A stretch of 36,990 nt of DNA from Lama guanicoe (taxonomy: Eukaryota), in NCBI GenBank assembly GCA_013239625.1, contig MU053995.1:558001-594990 (forward strand). Reading direction: 5' to 3'. The notes under the pieces are model-generated. The model was not told where the DNA came from and did no database searches. It worked only from the letters and a program-made list of their open reading frames with translations. Positions 35,612 to 36,990 of this stretch are shown one piece after another. Positions within the stretch are counted from its first letter, which is position 1. Each line of letters opens with the position of its first letter. Made by a program: the position numbers and the translations under genes.

Positions 35612-36489
35612 AATGCAGCAAAGCAGAAACATTATGAGGGAAGGGATAGATGAGGGAAGTGTGTCATGTCAGGGGGTTTCTGCTTGAGTAAGGGATGCTG
35701 TCCACTCCAGAGGGGAGCAGGCTGGAAGAAAAAGCTTGTCAGAGACTATGCAATGGTTACAATTGGGAGATAAAGAGATTTGAAAATGAAAAGCAGTATG
35801 TTCCCATTCAGAGTGTCATCACCTGCATTTACAGTGGCCCAGGACAGCCCTAGTGTGTCACCCTTTCTTAGGATGTGGTGCCCGCAGGACAGGCTGCCAG
35901 AGCAAGAGGGTTTAGACCTTGGGTGTGTCTTTTTGGATTAGGAGACAGACTAGCAACACTGGCTGCCCAAGAGATTGTCACATAATGTGAATGTGGCAGA
36001 GATGTAAAAATGAAAACTTTCATCTTAGGCTTCAGACTCAGCTCCAAGTCCCCATCATATCCACAACAGAGCAGCCAGTTGTCAGTTGCCTACAATATTG
36101 ATTGATGACACAGTAAGCAAGTAGGGGAAAAGATTTTCATGAACTATACAAAACCTAAATCTAAATATACCCTTAGTGGTTTTCTCTTCACTCATCACAA
36201 CTTCCCAATTACCTCCTCAGTCCAATAATACAGCAAGAATAGGAAATCTGTCAATCCCAATAAATGTTTAAAAGATACCTGTTCTTCTAGAAATAGGTCC
36301 TTAAAGAATGCAGACAAAAAAATTCCCTCAAGGTCTAACAGAGAAGCTCCTCAATCATTTGTACAATGAAAAGTCAAATACAATGGAAACAAATGACTGG
36401 TTTTTACCAGTTCTAGTTATATTAACTGTTGCACACATCTTTTATCTCCAATATTTGTGCCAGTGTTTTGTTTTCCTATCATTCTACCT

Positions 36490-36990
36490 GGTAAAAAGAT
36501 CTCAGACCCAGTGAAATACTACTTCACATTCAACAAGATGGCTACTATCAAAAAAAAAAAGGAAAACAGCAAGTGTGCCAGGATACAGAGAAACTACACT
36601 TGTGCTTTGCTAGTGGGATTACAAACCAGTACAGGAGCTATGAAAAGCTGTATGGCTATTCCTAAAACAAACAAATAAACAAACAAAAAATAGACATTGT
36701 ATCATCCAGCTGTGTCTCTTCTGGATATACATACCCCAAAGGGAAAGTAGGCAGTTGAACAGATACTCGTCCATACCTATTTATAACAGCATTATTCGCA
36801 AGGGCTAGGATGTGGAAGTGACCTGATTCTCCATGCCCATATGAACAGACAGACAAAATGTGGTCCATCCATTCACTAGTGTTTCCAGTCTTAGAATGGA
36901 AGGAAGTCTGTCACATGCTACAGGATGGATGCACCTTGAACACTAACGATGCTGAGTGAAATAAGCCAGTTACAGAGAGACAAATGCTGT
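36490..36990 (+). mobile_element. Old L1 (L1MB-like) 3' fragment, runs off the window
   Basis: VKYYFTFNKMATIKKKENSKC-like ORF2 end, then ATGCTGAGTGAAATAAGCCAG. Confidence 0.8.

Noticed and set aside
1..36990. CRISPR arrays, rRNA, operons or prokaryotic defence systems
   Set aside because: No regularly spaced repeat-spacer array or rRNA-like sequence; the window is mammalian repeat-rich DNA.

Overview
Mammalian (not microbial) genomic DNA, most likely camelid: two copies of a tRNA-Ala-derived SINE match the camelid vic-1 type as I recall it. The window is probably X-linked because it carries claudin-34 and is very LINE-1 dense (roughly three quarters repeats by eye). The only host protein-coding sequence is a single-coding-exon claudin-34 (minus strand, 30941-31588, 215 aa from the Kozak ATG). 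Bases 1-6542 are a young, 5'-complete L1 on the minus strand. Its ORF2 is open for 1192 codons up to the window edge and is absent from the ORF track because no stop falls inside the window; its ORF1 carries two nonsense codons. This L1 has a ~400-nt inter-ORF spacer holding a 73-codon ORF whose stop overlaps the ORF2 start, and it sits head-to-head with a second L1 promoter. The rest is nested L1 fragments of many ages, a solo LTR, MaLR/MER5-like relics, small palindrome clusters and a 291-N assembly gap. Subfamily names for old repeats come from recall and their boundaries are approximate. I found no clearly new biological system. The best candidates are the L1 spacer ORF and ORF2-only element, an uORF overlapping the CLDN34 start, and an unidentified decayed reading frame at 27.7-28.2 kb.
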